Of a stretch of 64,000 nt of DNA, positions 1-13,544 are shown one piece after another. A model generated the notes under the pieces. It was not told where the DNA came from and did no database searches. It worked only from the letters and a program-made list of their open reading frames with translations. This DNA comes from Microthyrium microscopicum. Lineage: Eukaryota. The first letter of the stretch is position 1, and each line of letters starts with the position of its first letter. The position numbers and the translations under genes are program-made. Location: contig MU004233.1 of the NCBI GenBank assembly GCA_010405405.1, forward strand, positions 571,835-635,834, read 5' to 3'.

Positions 1-1200
1 GAATTCTAATAGGCTTAATAGCTATATATAACTATAGTAATAAGGAAGATATATTAATTATTAATATAGAGTTTTTAAGGTTTATAAGATTTAAACCTAC
101 TCTAATTATTTTATATAATATCTTAGTAGAAAGTAAACTACTATAGAGCTAGAAGCTTTAGTTATTATATACCTATAGAGAAATTAATAGTAGAAGGAGT
201 AGTTTTAACGTTAAATTAGCTAAAGTAAGTAGTTTTTAAAAAGGCTTAGAACTTACTTTTAAAGCTTTATAGATACCTATTACTCTTAATTAAGTCTATA
301 GAATAGTATATAGTAAGTACGTTATTTAGAACTATATAATAACTCTCTACTATTAGATAATACTAATGCTATATAATAAGGTTAGAGTCTTAATTATTTA
401 TACTAACCTAGGTATTTAGAAACTTAATAAATATCTATAAAATTAACTAAATATATAATAATATTAACTTAAGCTTTTACTTAGTACTAAGTTACTAACT
501 ATACTAAATAGATAGAGAATAATAAGTATTATTTAATCCTAGTTCTTTATTATCCTCTTTACTACTTAATAGATTACTAATCTAGCTAGGTAAAGAGTAA
601 GGATTAGTAAGTAAACTAGAGTTTCTAGGCTATAGTAAGATATTAATAAATAATAATAGTAGTAACGTTAATATAGAAGGTAAACTAGATAGCTTTTTAG
701 ACTAAAATTACTATTATAGCTACGTTAAAGATATTAATAATTATATTACGAAACTAAGTAGCTTACTAGTATTAGGACTATAATAAGCCTAATACTTAGA
801 ACTAGTATAATACTTTTAAGTAGACATAGTAAAAATAAATAATAAAGATAAAGAAGATAAGTAAGTAAATATAGAAATAAACGTAATAGTATATATAGTT
901 ATAGAGATAATATAGTTTAAAAAGGATATATTCTTTTATATAAAGTTAATAGGGCCCTTACTAAAACTCTATAAGAGTTACTTAGACGTAGTAAGTTACT
1001 TTAAAATTACGCATATCCTAAAATATCTAATTAGCTAAGGGCAAACCTAGTTCTATATAGGATAGCTAGGGACACTTAGTTAGCAAAAGCCAAAGGCTCT
1101 CTAACTAAGCAGGGAGCTAAAGGCGACCTATTTTTGAAGCAGCTTACTACGTCTAAGAAACTAAGATAACGTACACGGAGGGAAAATAATTCTATACCCG
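1..1200. mobile_element. RIP-degraded repeat/transposon relic (family not identifiable)
   Basis: Extremely AT-rich with abundant TpA/TAG/TAA and scarce CpA/TpG, no long ORFs, grading into normal composition at ~1.1-1.3 kb. Matches the known signature of repeat-induced point mutation in ascomycetes. Confidence 0.75.
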
Positions 1201-1958
1201 ACAAATATCTCACGTATGCTTTCAGTCTAATAAAAAACTGGGGTTTCCGGCGCTTTATCAAACATCGTTCTCTCAGCTTTTGTTATCTAGACTGCCTAAT
1301 CATTGCAGGGAAAACATGGTTCGTTTTGTGAACAATTCAAGACAGAAAAGACAGCTACGCTATGGCTCATGCCCGTCTTGATTACATCAGAAACTGAAAG
1401 TATGAATCAATCTACCTGCCTGGCAAGCGATTAAGCAGTACTTCGAGCTTTAACGGCCATCCAGGGACAAATTTGTGGAGCACATAAGAGGAATGGTTGC
1501 TTTACAGTAGGCCAAATCATCATCCAGATGCGACAGGCCTTACGGTAGAATCCTACATTCTCTTTGACATGTAAATCAGCTTGCTCAATAAAAATAATGA
1601 TCTTAGTGCCCTTGGGTAATCAGGTGGGTGCAACGACAAGTCTACCGATATCTGCATTTGCTTTGACGGAATGAGTATGAGACTGGATAAACAACAACTT
1701 CAGTGTGGCTGCAGACGCTAACATTGATATTACATACAAACAGCCGTCCCTTTCCCGCCAGGCTTGAGGATATGACAAAGCCCAGCATCACAACCTGATA
1801 CATGACTTGCCCACATGCTGCAGTTCATAAAGCTTTTATGCTGTAATCGCCACTGAATCCAGCATGCAAGAGTGTTCCCAGTCGACTCTTTGGCAACATG
1901 ATGCGCAGCAGGCAGATGCACAACTTTCGCTCTGGCGCGACCAAGTATCCCCATCCGA

Positions 1959-3086
1959 TCAAAATGAGGAAGAGATTTGAGCGGTTGGGGTCTCAATTGA
2001 TGTACCCGAGATCGCTGGCGAAATGGTATCGGGATTCATCTCAAAGTATTTGACCGCGATCTCGAAATCCTCAGCTTCTCCTCCATCTTTCTTCTCAGCC
2101 GTGAACTCCATGTTTTCAAACCGGAGAGTCACAGCCCTATGTATCTTTGCGGTCCATCTAGAGAATGTAGGCAGCTCAAACATACATTTGAAGAAAATTC
2201 GAACTGTAATGTTGTCTCGGCTCTCGTGGCCCCGAATGACTGGCATGATTCCATGACCTTCGGTGTCAGGGAAGTGGAACTCGTGAATGACAATCGTCAA
2301 GTGCTTGAAATGCACTTGCGTCTTATCTCCATATACCTCAGGGTCCCAGTCATTTTGCGAGACACCAGACAATTGTGGCCGGAAAACCGAGTTGACCACG
2401 GATTTCATCATACTTATGCAACGTGAGAACAACAACCAATCCAGGATCTCATTATCCGTCGATGGCTTAGCTTGGTAATCTGCAGCCGTACGAAGATCAT
2501 AAGCCGTGAACGACGAGGGCCCTTGATGCAATTTGGAACGCGGTTCTGAACGCAGCAGGTCCAGATCTCCAGGCTGTAGCTTGATATTGGCCGTTAATGA
2601 AGCGTAAGGCACCAATGAGTTTTCTTTCAATGGCAATGCACAAGGTAGCTGGGTCCAGCTCAGCTGGGACGTTATTTTAGTCCGCCTCAAGACAGATCGA
2701 TTGAGAAACGTGAGTCTGAAATGAAGAGCCGCAGGCTGAACGATGTGGAAATCATCGAGCATGCTTGACATTTCTTTTGAAGTTTGTCTAAGGACTGTCT
2801 CGTTTGCAACGGGCAGGTCGGTTGACAGTCGCGCTTCAGTAAAATGCTCGCCGTAACTGTTAGTTATTCTCAGGAGTGTCTTCACTCGCATGCCGCTCGG
2901 GATGCTAGAGTTGTTGATCGCTGCTTTTACGATAATGACCTTGATCTCCGCAGGAAGACGGGACCATAATTCAGGTTCCTGATTATTAGACGCTACGAGG
3001 TGGACAATTTGGCTTGTAGTCGCGCTGTCTGTATTTTCGCGTTCGTCAGCGAGGGACGCCTGAGTCGATTGTTCTGCGGGAGCCAT
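1959..3086 (-). CDS. Hypothetical protein with N-terminal F-box-like motif
   Basis: 375-aa ATG-initiated ORF with LWSRLPAEIKVIIVKAAI, resembling fungal F-box-like LxxLPxEI motifs. Lacks the other motifs of the P1-P12 family. Confidence 0.6.
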   Translation of the reverse strand: MAPAEQSTQASLADERENTDSATTSQIVHLVASNNQEPELWSRLPAEIKVIIVKAAINNSSIPSGMRVKTLLRITNSYGEHFTEARLSTDLPVANETVLRQTSKEMSSMLDDFHIVQPAALHFRLTFLNRSVLRRTKITSQLSWTQLPCALPLKENSLVPYASLTANIKLQPGDLDLLRSEPRSKLHQGPSSFTAYDLRTAADYQAKPSTDNEILDWLLFSRCISMMKSVVNSVFRPQLSGVSQNDWDPEVYGDKTQVHFKHLTIVIHEFHFPDTEGHGIMPVIRGHESRDNITVRIFFKCMFELPTFSRWTAKIHRAVTLRFENMEFTAEKKDGGEAEDFEIAVKYFEMNPDTISPAISGTSIETPTAQISSSF

Positions 3087-3332
3087 GTTGGGTTTGAGCT
3101 GTTTTTGTGGAAAAGGTTGACAAGAGATAGATGATTGTCGTCTATGGAGTCCAACTGGGCTTTGGGAGTGGGTTGGATGATGAGGAAAGAAGATGGGGAG
3201 AGAATGAAGAACTGCGCGAGCCTGCTATGCTTTATTCTCTCAGCCTTCGAGCGGAGTGACTTCGCGTACAGGTGTTTTTAGGTGCCGAAGTCTGGCAGTG
3301 AAGCTCATATTCTAAACATTTCGTAGCGCATA

Positions 3333-3664
3333 CCGTAAGAAAGCAGCGAATTGAGCGCAGTGAAGCCATTAAGGTTCTACTAAATAGGGTAGGCGCTCAA
3401 AGGGGCGTCGAAAATACAGAGTTCATAAGCTATGATTTTCTACTCAACCTTTCAAAGATTGAAAACAGCAAGATTTTAAGCGATTTTAGTCTAGATTTTC
3501 GACGAGATCTATAAGGTTATAATAACAATTTTACTTACTAAATTTTAAGCATTTTTCTACGCCAAAAGGGAAGAAAATTAGAGAGATAGACGGTATATAG
3601 AAACCTCACAAAAACGCTAAACCCTTCCACATTTCACTGCGCTCAACTCGCTGCTGTCTTACGG
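3333..3664. mobile_element. MITE-1, Tc1/mariner-like non-autonomous element (TA TSD)
   Basis: 32-bp terminal inverted repeats (CCGTAAGAAAGCAGCGAATTGAGCGCAGTGAA / TTCACTGCGCTCAACTCGCTGCTGTCTTACGG, 2 mismatches), TA on both sides (3331-3332, 3665-3666), AT-rich interior. Confidence 0.85.
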
Positions 3665-3923
3665 TAAACTTATAGAGGTGACTCCCGGCACTTGTAACCT
3701 GACTAGGTACCTAGATAGTCACTGCCCATCGCCTCCACCTGAAGTCACCTGCGGGTGTATCGAGGTGCCGGTTGGTGAACGCTTGACCTTGACTAGATGT
3801 GATGGTACAACGCTGGTATCTGGGTAATAGGAACGGCCAGTGTATTCATTTGACCGAACTAAGCTCCCTCCATTTAGCAAACACTTATATGTACCTACCC
3901 TCCAAGTCGGAATTTTTACCATC

Positions 3924-4003
3924 AGGCTGAGTGCAAGGCTGAGGACAAGGCTGAGGACAAGGCTGAGGACAAGGCTGAGAACCAAGCTGAAGCAAGGCTA
4001 GAA
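3924..4003. repeat. 12-bp tandem repeat (AAGGCTGAGGAC-like, ~6-7 copies)
   Basis: Directly visible; produces the spurious LSLV-repeat ORF at 3719-3985. Confidence 0.85.
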
Positions 4004-4360
4004 CATCACAAAGAAACCATATATATGGAATAACAAAGAATACATAAAACCAGCGCTAAAATGCCATCTATTGTACGTCTATAATGCTACAAATAACGAA
4101 CTTCGTAAAAACGTCCCTCCAATCCAAAAACAACACACGCCCGCATCGCCAGCAAAATAATTCCAATGTGGGTATCAAGTGCCAACATAACGCGGTCCAT
4201 ATACCATGCGAGAGTACACACACAAGCAACACAAGCAACATCCATTCACAGGACACATCGGTAGCACACGCCAAGAGCACACATCAAAAGTAATACCACC
4301 CCCGACAGGAGACATGCCAATGCCAGCCCCATACACCCATCATAATGCATCGAATATCCA

Positions 4361-7230
4361 TCATGAAGCCGACTTTACTACCGGCGATGGTGATGGGTCA
4401 CTGCTCTTATCAGCGTCCCTAACCAGCGTTGCAGTAGATTCCGACCTCAGCGAAGGTTTGGCCAGCGCAACTTTACTCAACGCCTTATCGATCTTCGTCA
4501 CAGTCTCCTCGTCTGTCGGCGGAGTCGAAGGGGGATGCGTAGTAGGCGCGCTTGACACCGAGCTCATCCTTCTGCGCAGAGGATCTAGATATGATTCCAG
4601 TAAAGCTTTGAGCGTCTGGGGTCTATTGTTATCATTAGTATGTAATTCAGCAAGATGGGGTGCACATTTCGTGTGAGATAACTTACCGAACCGGTTTGGC
4701 CAAATAATCATTCATCCCCGCATCAATACACTTCTCCCGATCACCTTGAATCGCACTAGCCGTCATCGCGATGATGAGGATATCACGCACATTGATATCT
4801 CGATGCCGTCTGATTTCGCGGGTAGCATCATATCCATCGAGCACGGGCATTTGTACATCCATTAAACACACATGATAAGGTCTACCCGTACTCGAAGCAA
4901 GTTCAAGCGCCTCGATCGCCTTACGACCGTTGGCAAATGCATCACAGGAAAAGCCAAGTCGCTGCACGAACGAGATGGCGATTTTCTGGTTGATCATGTT
5001 GTCTTCCGCTATACACACGCGCAGCTCCTCGCGTGGGACTGTAGAGATGTCGGCGAAGTAGTGCGAAGAGGGCGTTGGTGGATCAGAGTTGAGGACGCGC
5101 GGTGGTGACTGATGGGGTGGATAGAGGGGGAAGGAAGTTGGTTGGGAACCTGGGCTGATTGGACCGGGACTGATGGGGAGACCTGGAGAGGGCGTAGCGA
5201 GGTTGGCGAGATCTTCTTTTGTGGCTTTGGGGAATTTGATGGTGAAGCTGACTTTTGTGCCTTGGCCTGGCACGCTGTCAAGCCAGATGCTGCCGCCCAT
5301 GAGACTTTCGACGAGGGCCTTGCAGATGCTGAGACCGAGACCGGTGCCGCCAAAGCTGCGGGAAGAATTGCTTTCGACTTGGCTGAAAGGCTGGAAAAGC
5401 TTAACGCGTTGTTCTTCCGGTATACCAATGCCGGTATCTTGAACGGTGACGGTGATGGAGATAGAGTCGGCATCTTCTTTGACAGGCACAGCGCGAACGG
5501 TAACACCGCCTTTAGATGTGAATTTGTAGCTGTTACTGAGGAGATTCATCAGAATTTGGTGGAGTCTCATTGAATCTCCAATGAGTAGCTGATCTGGATT
5601 AAGCTGTAAATCCAAATCCGTCTTGAGGCCCTTCTGGTTATTCTGAAAGCTCAGTGCTCTCACAACCTCTTTAATGACGGTTGAAAGATCAAGCGGATCC
5701 TTCTTTACACTCATCTTGCCTGCGTCCAATTTCGTGTAGTCTAGCAAGTCGTTGATAACCGCAAGAAGCGTATCGGCGCAGATTCTGATGTTGTCTGTGT
5801 ACTCTATTTGTCTGGTGGTAAGGCTTGTCGCTTTCAGCAACTCGCTCATGCCGAGAACACCGTTGAGTGGTGTGCGCAATTCGTGAGAAACATTGGCGAG
5901 AAACATGGACTTTGCTTTGGAGGCTTCTTCTTTGAGTCGCATGTTGTGCTCTGCGTCAGCTTGGGCGTCCTTAGCTTTGACCTCAGCAGCGCGTGCGAGA
6001 CCCAATGCTTTACGTTGAACGCCAACCATCGCCGCATTCTCAGCGCTGACCTTTTCAATCTTCTTCAGCACCAAGGCATTGGAAAGCGAGATGGAAATTT
6101 GGTTGACAAGTAGACGTAAGACCGTCAAGTTGCGCTCCGTGAATTTGTTCGGCGGTCCTTCAACATAGATCGCTCCAAGGAGTTTGTCGCCTCCATGAAT
6201 AATAGGCAGAGAAATGACCGCTTTGCCGCCAGGATTCTTGTCCAGGTATGATCGCGAGACACTAGAGAAACGATCATCCTCCAGCAGATTCTGAACAAAC
6301 ACAGCTTCCTTGAACCGGAGCACATACTTTGTGACATGCAATGCAAGAGCCTTGTCAATTTCTTCAGTCTCCATACTAATGCCCTCTGGAAAAGTCTGAA
6401 CACCATCAGGCGTACCAATCGCAGAGACGATGTATTCGCGACGGTCATCCTTGATGACAACACCCACTAGGTCAGCGGTCGAGATTTCTGTTATGATCTC
6501 AGCCATCTTGCCCATGAGTTTATCAATGCGCAGTTCAGAAGAGAGCAGTTGACTGGATTCGAGAATGCTCGCAAGGTCGATCATATCCAAACCCATGCCT
6601 GGAAACTCGTTGTGAAGGAGAGGATCCTCTTGTTGGGCAGCGTCAGCAGCCCAAATCGTGCCTACTCGGAAACTTCCGGGGGGTTTGATCCCTTCTTAAA
6701 GAGGTTAAGAAGCCAAAATGCTGCAAATGGCGCTAGAGCTCAGCAAAAGCGACTAACGCAGGATTTTTGCTGAATTTTGGCTTCGGGAGAGGCTTTCTCT
6801 AACCTCTTTAAGGATAGCTTTGACTATCCTCTCTTGGCCTTTAGTTTGACTGGTTTAAAAGATACCGCTAGACTAGCTCACTCTTGTTCTAAAAATCAAG
6901 GAGGCTTGCTCTAAGCATAAGAGGCTCACGCTAAGGCTCTTTCAAGTTTAGCGACTACTTTTCGGATACAGTATTTTGGCAGCGGATGAAGGGCTGCTGA
7001 CGCTCCCCGTTTAGGTGATCTTTGTTCGTTTGGATCGCCTTGAGGGGCATCTGGTTGAAGCCAGGCTTCAGTCCGAGCTTCATTGTTCATCAAGGTGGCC
7101 TCTCCTTGTGGGAGCTTAAATGTGGGACTCGCGAGTAGTGACATCATACATGTCCGTCTGGCACCCGGTATCCACGGCATGGGCTTTGTTATCCTGCAAT
7201 ATCTGCGGGTACTTATCTTCAGAATAAAGA
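4361..7230 (-). pseudogene. 5'-truncated hybrid histidine kinase (GAF-HisKA-HATPase-REC, group X/Chk1-like C-terminal half), interrupted by MITE-2
   Basis: H-box FLANVSHELRTPLNG, N-box QILMNLLSNSYKFT, G-boxes DTGIGI/GGTGLGLSI, receiver LMDVQMP, GAF starting GLDMIDLASILESSQ. An intron near 4620-4686 joins the last exon (stop at 4361). The frame continues upstream across MITE-2 (EARTEAWLQPDAPQ) but the gene is cut off at the helicase 3' end. Confidence 0.85.
6635..7008. mobile_element. MITE-2 (GGG termini, 3-bp TSD GTT, PIF/Harbinger-like) inserted in the kinase ORF
   Basis: 18-bp TIR GGGCAGCGTCAGCAGCCC / GGGCTGCTGACGCTCCCC (1 mismatch), GTT at 6632-6634 and 7009-7011. Removal restores ...QRSPKQEDPLLHNEFPGMGLD in frame. 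Confidence 0.8.
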
Positions 7231-7271
7231 CCTCGCAAAGGTTGATCTTGCATCCCGATTGATTAATGAAT

Positions 7272-10200
7272 TTATTTCTTTTTGTATGGAACAATTGACG
7301 TCTCCTCGTCATCTGTAAACACTTCCTCAAAACGACCAGACTCTCCAGCCTCATCAATAACCTCAATTCCCGAACCAGCCTTTGCTTCAAAGAACAGCTT
7401 CAACGCATCGGCAACATTGCCATTTGCAATAGTCATGTATCTTGTCGCGTCTTGTGGAGTAGCATCCCGAGCTTTTTTCATGAACAGCATTGTCTGATTT
7501 GCGATCCATTGCTTGATCCAAGCAGCGTCCATTTTCTTGGGAGCAGACTTTGGATCTCTGACTGGAGGAGCAGGAGCTCTGCCGAATGAATCATTCGCTT
7601 GTTGGAAGGCTGTGGCTATCTCTTGTTCGGAAGCTTCGAAATTTGACCGGGCGATTTTGCATGAAGTATCTTTTATCAAGCATCCATCAATCTTGGCGTG
7701 ATCATATAGTACGGACCAGCCATTGCCCTCGCGCAGATTCTTGCCATCGCAGAAGCGCTCAGCACTGAGAACAATTCGCGCTATATATAGATTAGAGACT
7801 GGTCATTATTAGATATCAAAAGGAACATACCAGTTTTGGTTCGTGACAAGCCAACGTTGAATCGCCGTCTATCAGCACCCAGGAAACCCATTGATTCAGT
7901 AGGCTTCGCAGCTCCACCCATTGTGACTAGATCTACAAGCCCTATAGCTGATTCTTTGCCTTGACTGCTATCCACTGTGAGAACTTGGATACCATCCATA
8001 CTTGGACAGGAGGCAAAGATTGCTTTGAGGAACTTGACTTGATCTTTGTAGAAGCACAAGATTTGAATGTCACTGGGCTTGATGGAGAGCTGCGAACCTT
8101 GAGGAGCCGCATGATGAACAAGACCCCAAGCAATTCGACAAATGATATGAGCCGAATGAGGATTGAAGCGGGACATGTTACCAGTTCTTTGAGATGAGCC
8201 AAACTTGAAACCTGGCCGAGAGGTGAGACCGAGAATGAGAGCATGTAGAGGGCGGCCAAAGTGCTTGGTCATGAAGTCGAGGATGATATCATCCAGTTTG
8301 TGCTTGGGCGCGCAGTTGATCAATTGGTTGTCATAGCAGACCGCATTGCAAACTTTGGAGATCTCTGGATGCATGCGATATTGTCGTGTAAGCATGACTA
8401 CAGCAGGGTATCTCAATTTGACCACTCTCTCTAACCATGACATGATGCCTTGAGCTCTGAAAGGATTGAACTTGGCGGTAAGTGTGGGAGGAAGTTGCTC
8501 AGGATCACCAACAATCATGACTCGATCAAGTTTGCTGTCCTCATATGATGCGGCGAGAAGGATCGGAGCAATCAAGTCAACCTCTAGTGATTGCGAAGCC
8601 TCATCTACTAGTATCTGATGAGGTCTTGAACCGCCGCTCAATAGACCCAGTGCGCTAGCCGCAGTCATGTAAATGACTTTGGCTGAAGTGAGAAGTTCTT
8701 TTTTGAGGTTGCGAAGCAGTTTGGTGAGCAATTTTCGAAGGTCTATCAAATGTTAGTATCAAAATTCAATGAATGGAGTTTATCATCATATTTACCAAAG
8801 TGAGTGGATTCGTCTTCCCTTTCTTGTCTCGTAACACTGAGAATGCGGTTGCGAATGTCTCGCACTTTTTTGAGATCGGCCACTAGATGTTTTTCTGGTC
8901 CATTGCAATAAGCTCGGTTGTTCAAAAGCGTGAGTCTTTTCTTGATGGCCTCATTCAATGACATCATTCTGTTGGCTGGTAGATCAATTGAATTGGCGAA
9001 GAAATCACGAGAGAGCTTTGCGTTGGAATTTCCAGAGTCATCATCATTGTCAGCACCCCACAAACCCGAATCATCCTCCTCGAGCAAGGCTTCTATGTGC
9101 GATTGACGCACGCGATAGTATCCGTCTGGATTACTATCACCGAGCCGCTCGCAAGCCTTGGCAACCTGAACATCAAGAGGAACGTTGGCTGCGCAAATTA
9201 CCCAAGTGGTGCGTTTGCATTTGACGCCAAGCTCAACGATGGCTTCGGTGACTGTTGATTTGCCAGTACCAGGAGGACCAACAAGCGCAGAGAATTTGTT
9301 TTGAGCGAAGGTCTGTATAGCGAGCTTTTGTTCCGGATTGAATTTGCGGCCAGGGGGACGACTGTCGACGAATGATTCAAATTGCGGCTTTGTGCAGAGA
9401 GATTGTCCAGAGATTTTGCTTTCACGTGCGACTTTCTTGATATCGTGGGCCAGCAACAAGTCTCGCCAAAATCGAAGATTGCTTGAAATTGGGCGAAAGA
9501 ACAAATTGCAGACCTGCAGTTGCGCGGACAACAAGCGGCGACCGAAATGACCGAAATGGAAATCGGCTTCCTCCCAGGTATCATCCTCGGTAGTCAAGAT
9601 TTGACCACCACCAGATTCTGGGCGACGAGCCGAAACCGCGCAGTTGCATTGCCTAGATTTGAAGCCATCGGGAACAGCAATGACATTGCCAACCCAAGTT
9701 TCCTCGCCAATATCTTTGTCTAGAGTGATTTTAATGGTGACCAATTCGCCGATATCTGGTAGATGAGCTTCGGTGTTGACTGCGAGATCTTCAATGTCGT
9801 CCACTTCTTTGTCATCCGTTTTTGTTGATGGTATGACTAGATTGAGTAGGATGCCCACATTTCTTGTACCTCGAGCTTCGTCTTTGATGATCATACACTT
9901 TTGCTTGCCGTTGAAATAGTTCTCTGCACAACCCACAGTTGACAACTCCTCATACATTTGACAGCCAAGAGTTCTAGAGACGTACTCTCGCCCATCTATC
10001 ATAGATAAAAGTGGCGAAACACTACCGAACTTGGCGCCCTCCATGGAAAGAATTTGCAGAAGAGGTTCCGAATGAAACCCCTTGTTTCGCTGAGCAAAAG
10101 CTTGTTGAATCCATTTCGGGTAGCGCTGATATCGCGAGACTTCGAAATTGATTGGGAGGATCTTGGTGCCATCATCTGAAAGATTGAGACCGAATTCTTC

Positions 10201-11260
10201 GAGCCATGGCCAGTATGACGGACGCTGTTCTGGGACGGAGAGGAAGCGATTCAGAGTATGAACAATTTGGTGTCCATTGCTTGCAGCGACAATTACGCTC
10301 AGCTTATTTCCCTTTTTCGACAGAGCGCCAACGAACTTGTCCACCTTATCTCGAGCCAACTGGCCCAACGTAAAGTCAGGAACGGTTTTTTCGATGGGCA
10401 TAGTATGATCTATGATGGTGTATGAATCGGCTCGCCAACGGAGGTGACGATGGCTTTGGGGCTTGAAGTCTCGAAACGCCTGCGGCAACTCGCATTTGAT
10501 GACACTGGAGACATCGAGGTACTCTAGCTCTATGATGTTGTCCGAGAATGTATAGGCTCCGCGAGGTGATACTGGTGCTGTGCCTTGGACATAGGAGTAT
10601 GGCACAATTGGTCGGACTGTATCAAGACGATTGAGGTCCTCGTCTCTGTAAGCCTGGAAATAGATCTCGACTCGCTGTTCCATATACTTTGCTAGGCCTT
10701 CGAAATCTTTCGAACCAGCGAAAGGATGAGCGCAGACCTCTAGGCGAAATCCCATATTGATTGGATTTCCTTGGATTCCGAAGATTACCGGTTGAGCTAC
10801 ATCGTCGAAGAGCGTGGCTTGAACTCGTTCTTGTGGATCTAAGACCAGTGCGCGACACTTCCAGATTTCGACATGCGACTGATGGCTCTGCAAGTCCAGT
10901 GGTTTTTGGCTTCTGGAAGTCGGGAAGTGATGCACAAAAGCCCATGAGTCGAGTGGATCAGTGGCTACAACAGTTAGTTTTTGGTTCTCTAATAGTAAAG
11001 TATTTAGCCTTACCAAGTGAAGCCGCGGAAGTCATTGTTGGTGGTGGAGGTTGCGTATGGATGTTGCCACGACCGGAGCCGCGTCCACCGCCGCGAACAA
11101 TTTGTTGCGAATGTTGTCCTCGTCCGGATGGTGAAGGTGGAGGTGGAGCGTTGATTTGGCGCTGACCTGTTGGTACAGCTCTGCCCCGCCCGGTTGATGA
11201 AGGTGGAGGAATGGGGTTGTGGCTTTGATTGCCTCGAGGTCGATGAGGGAGGTGAGACAT
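7272..11260 (-). CDS. UPF1/DNA2/NAM7-like superfamily 1 helicase, 4 exons
   Basis: Q motif NPEQ, Walker A GPPGTGKS, DEASQ, GDPEQLPP, QYRMHPEI, TVDSSQGKE, RFNVGLSR. Canonical introns at ~10965-11013, ~8743-8795 and ~7781-7830 join the ORF-track fragments. RG-rich first exon MSHLPHRPRGNQ. Confidence 0.85.
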
Positions 11261-11268
11261 CTTGATGG

Positions 11269-11457
11269 TGAGAAAATGGAACGAAGTGACCGAAGCCGCA
11301 ACGTGATTAACTCGGATGAGAAAATTGAGCGAAGTGACCGAAGCCGCAACGCGATTAACTCGGGTGAGAAATAAAGCAAAGTGACCGAAGCCGCAATGCG
11401 AATAACTCGAAGGAAAGAATGAGAAACGAAGTGACCGAAGCCGCAACGTACTCGGAA
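11269..11457. repeat. Four-copy ~45-55 bp imperfect tandem repeat (core AAGTGACCGAAGCCGCAA) immediately upstream of the helicase ATG
   Basis: Units begin TGAGAAA and carry an invariant 18-nt core in all four copies. Confidence 0.9.
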
Positions 11458-12158
11458 TGCTAGAGGGATGTGCAATGTGCACATACAAGAACGAAAAAGC
11501 GTGTAGTAGAAAAACTTCAGTCGAAATCTAGCAAGGTCCAATACCTGGAGAGAGAAGAAGTAGATTTAGGCGGGCACTTTGCAAATATCGAGATAACGCA
11601 CACCAAACGCACAGACCTTGATTAGAAAGCAAACATTGAATTGCACCTATACACGTGCTAGGCGCCTTTTGTTGTTGCCTGTTTTCGAAGAGAATTAGGA
11701 AAGAGTGTTGTTGGGTGGGACTGGAGTGTTCAAAGGCAAGAGCGACGCAGCTTGAAGGCAAGTGCGAGCCTGGTCGTCAGCCTTGCGAGCCATACGGCTG
11801 AAATGATGGTCATGACCAATCAGATAATAAACATTTTACAGGGGGGTGGATCAACAGCCCGAGGTCTACATCAGGTGCTGTAGGCAGGGATCAGGCTCGC
11901 CTTTTCATGACATGATTGGCCGGAAGAACAAATGGCTCACATTTTTATGCAGATCAGAACACTGAACATGACTAGAAATACTTAAGAAATTGATTCGAGG
12001 GAAGAGAGACTCTCCAACCATGTTATGTACTGCTTACACGAGCCACATATGCAATTTCCACCCTGCGCCCAACTGCATTACCTCTCGAGCAACCCAAAAT
12101 GTCTACACCATACAATTTGACACGCGTCAATGAATCCTGCCATTCTCCTTCCGACGAT

Positions 12159-13544
<1,386 letters not shown>

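Noticed and set aside
3719..3985. 88-aa ORF with an LSLV signal-like repeat
   Set aside because: Translation artefact of the 12-bp tandem repeat.
11269..11457. CRISPR-like repeat-spacer array
   Set aside because: Eukaryotic context, the spacers are themselves similar to each other, and no cas genes are present.
10958..11541. ORF-track proteins spanning the helicase upstream repeat
   Set aside because: Repeat-derived frames; the plausible start is the ATG at 11260.
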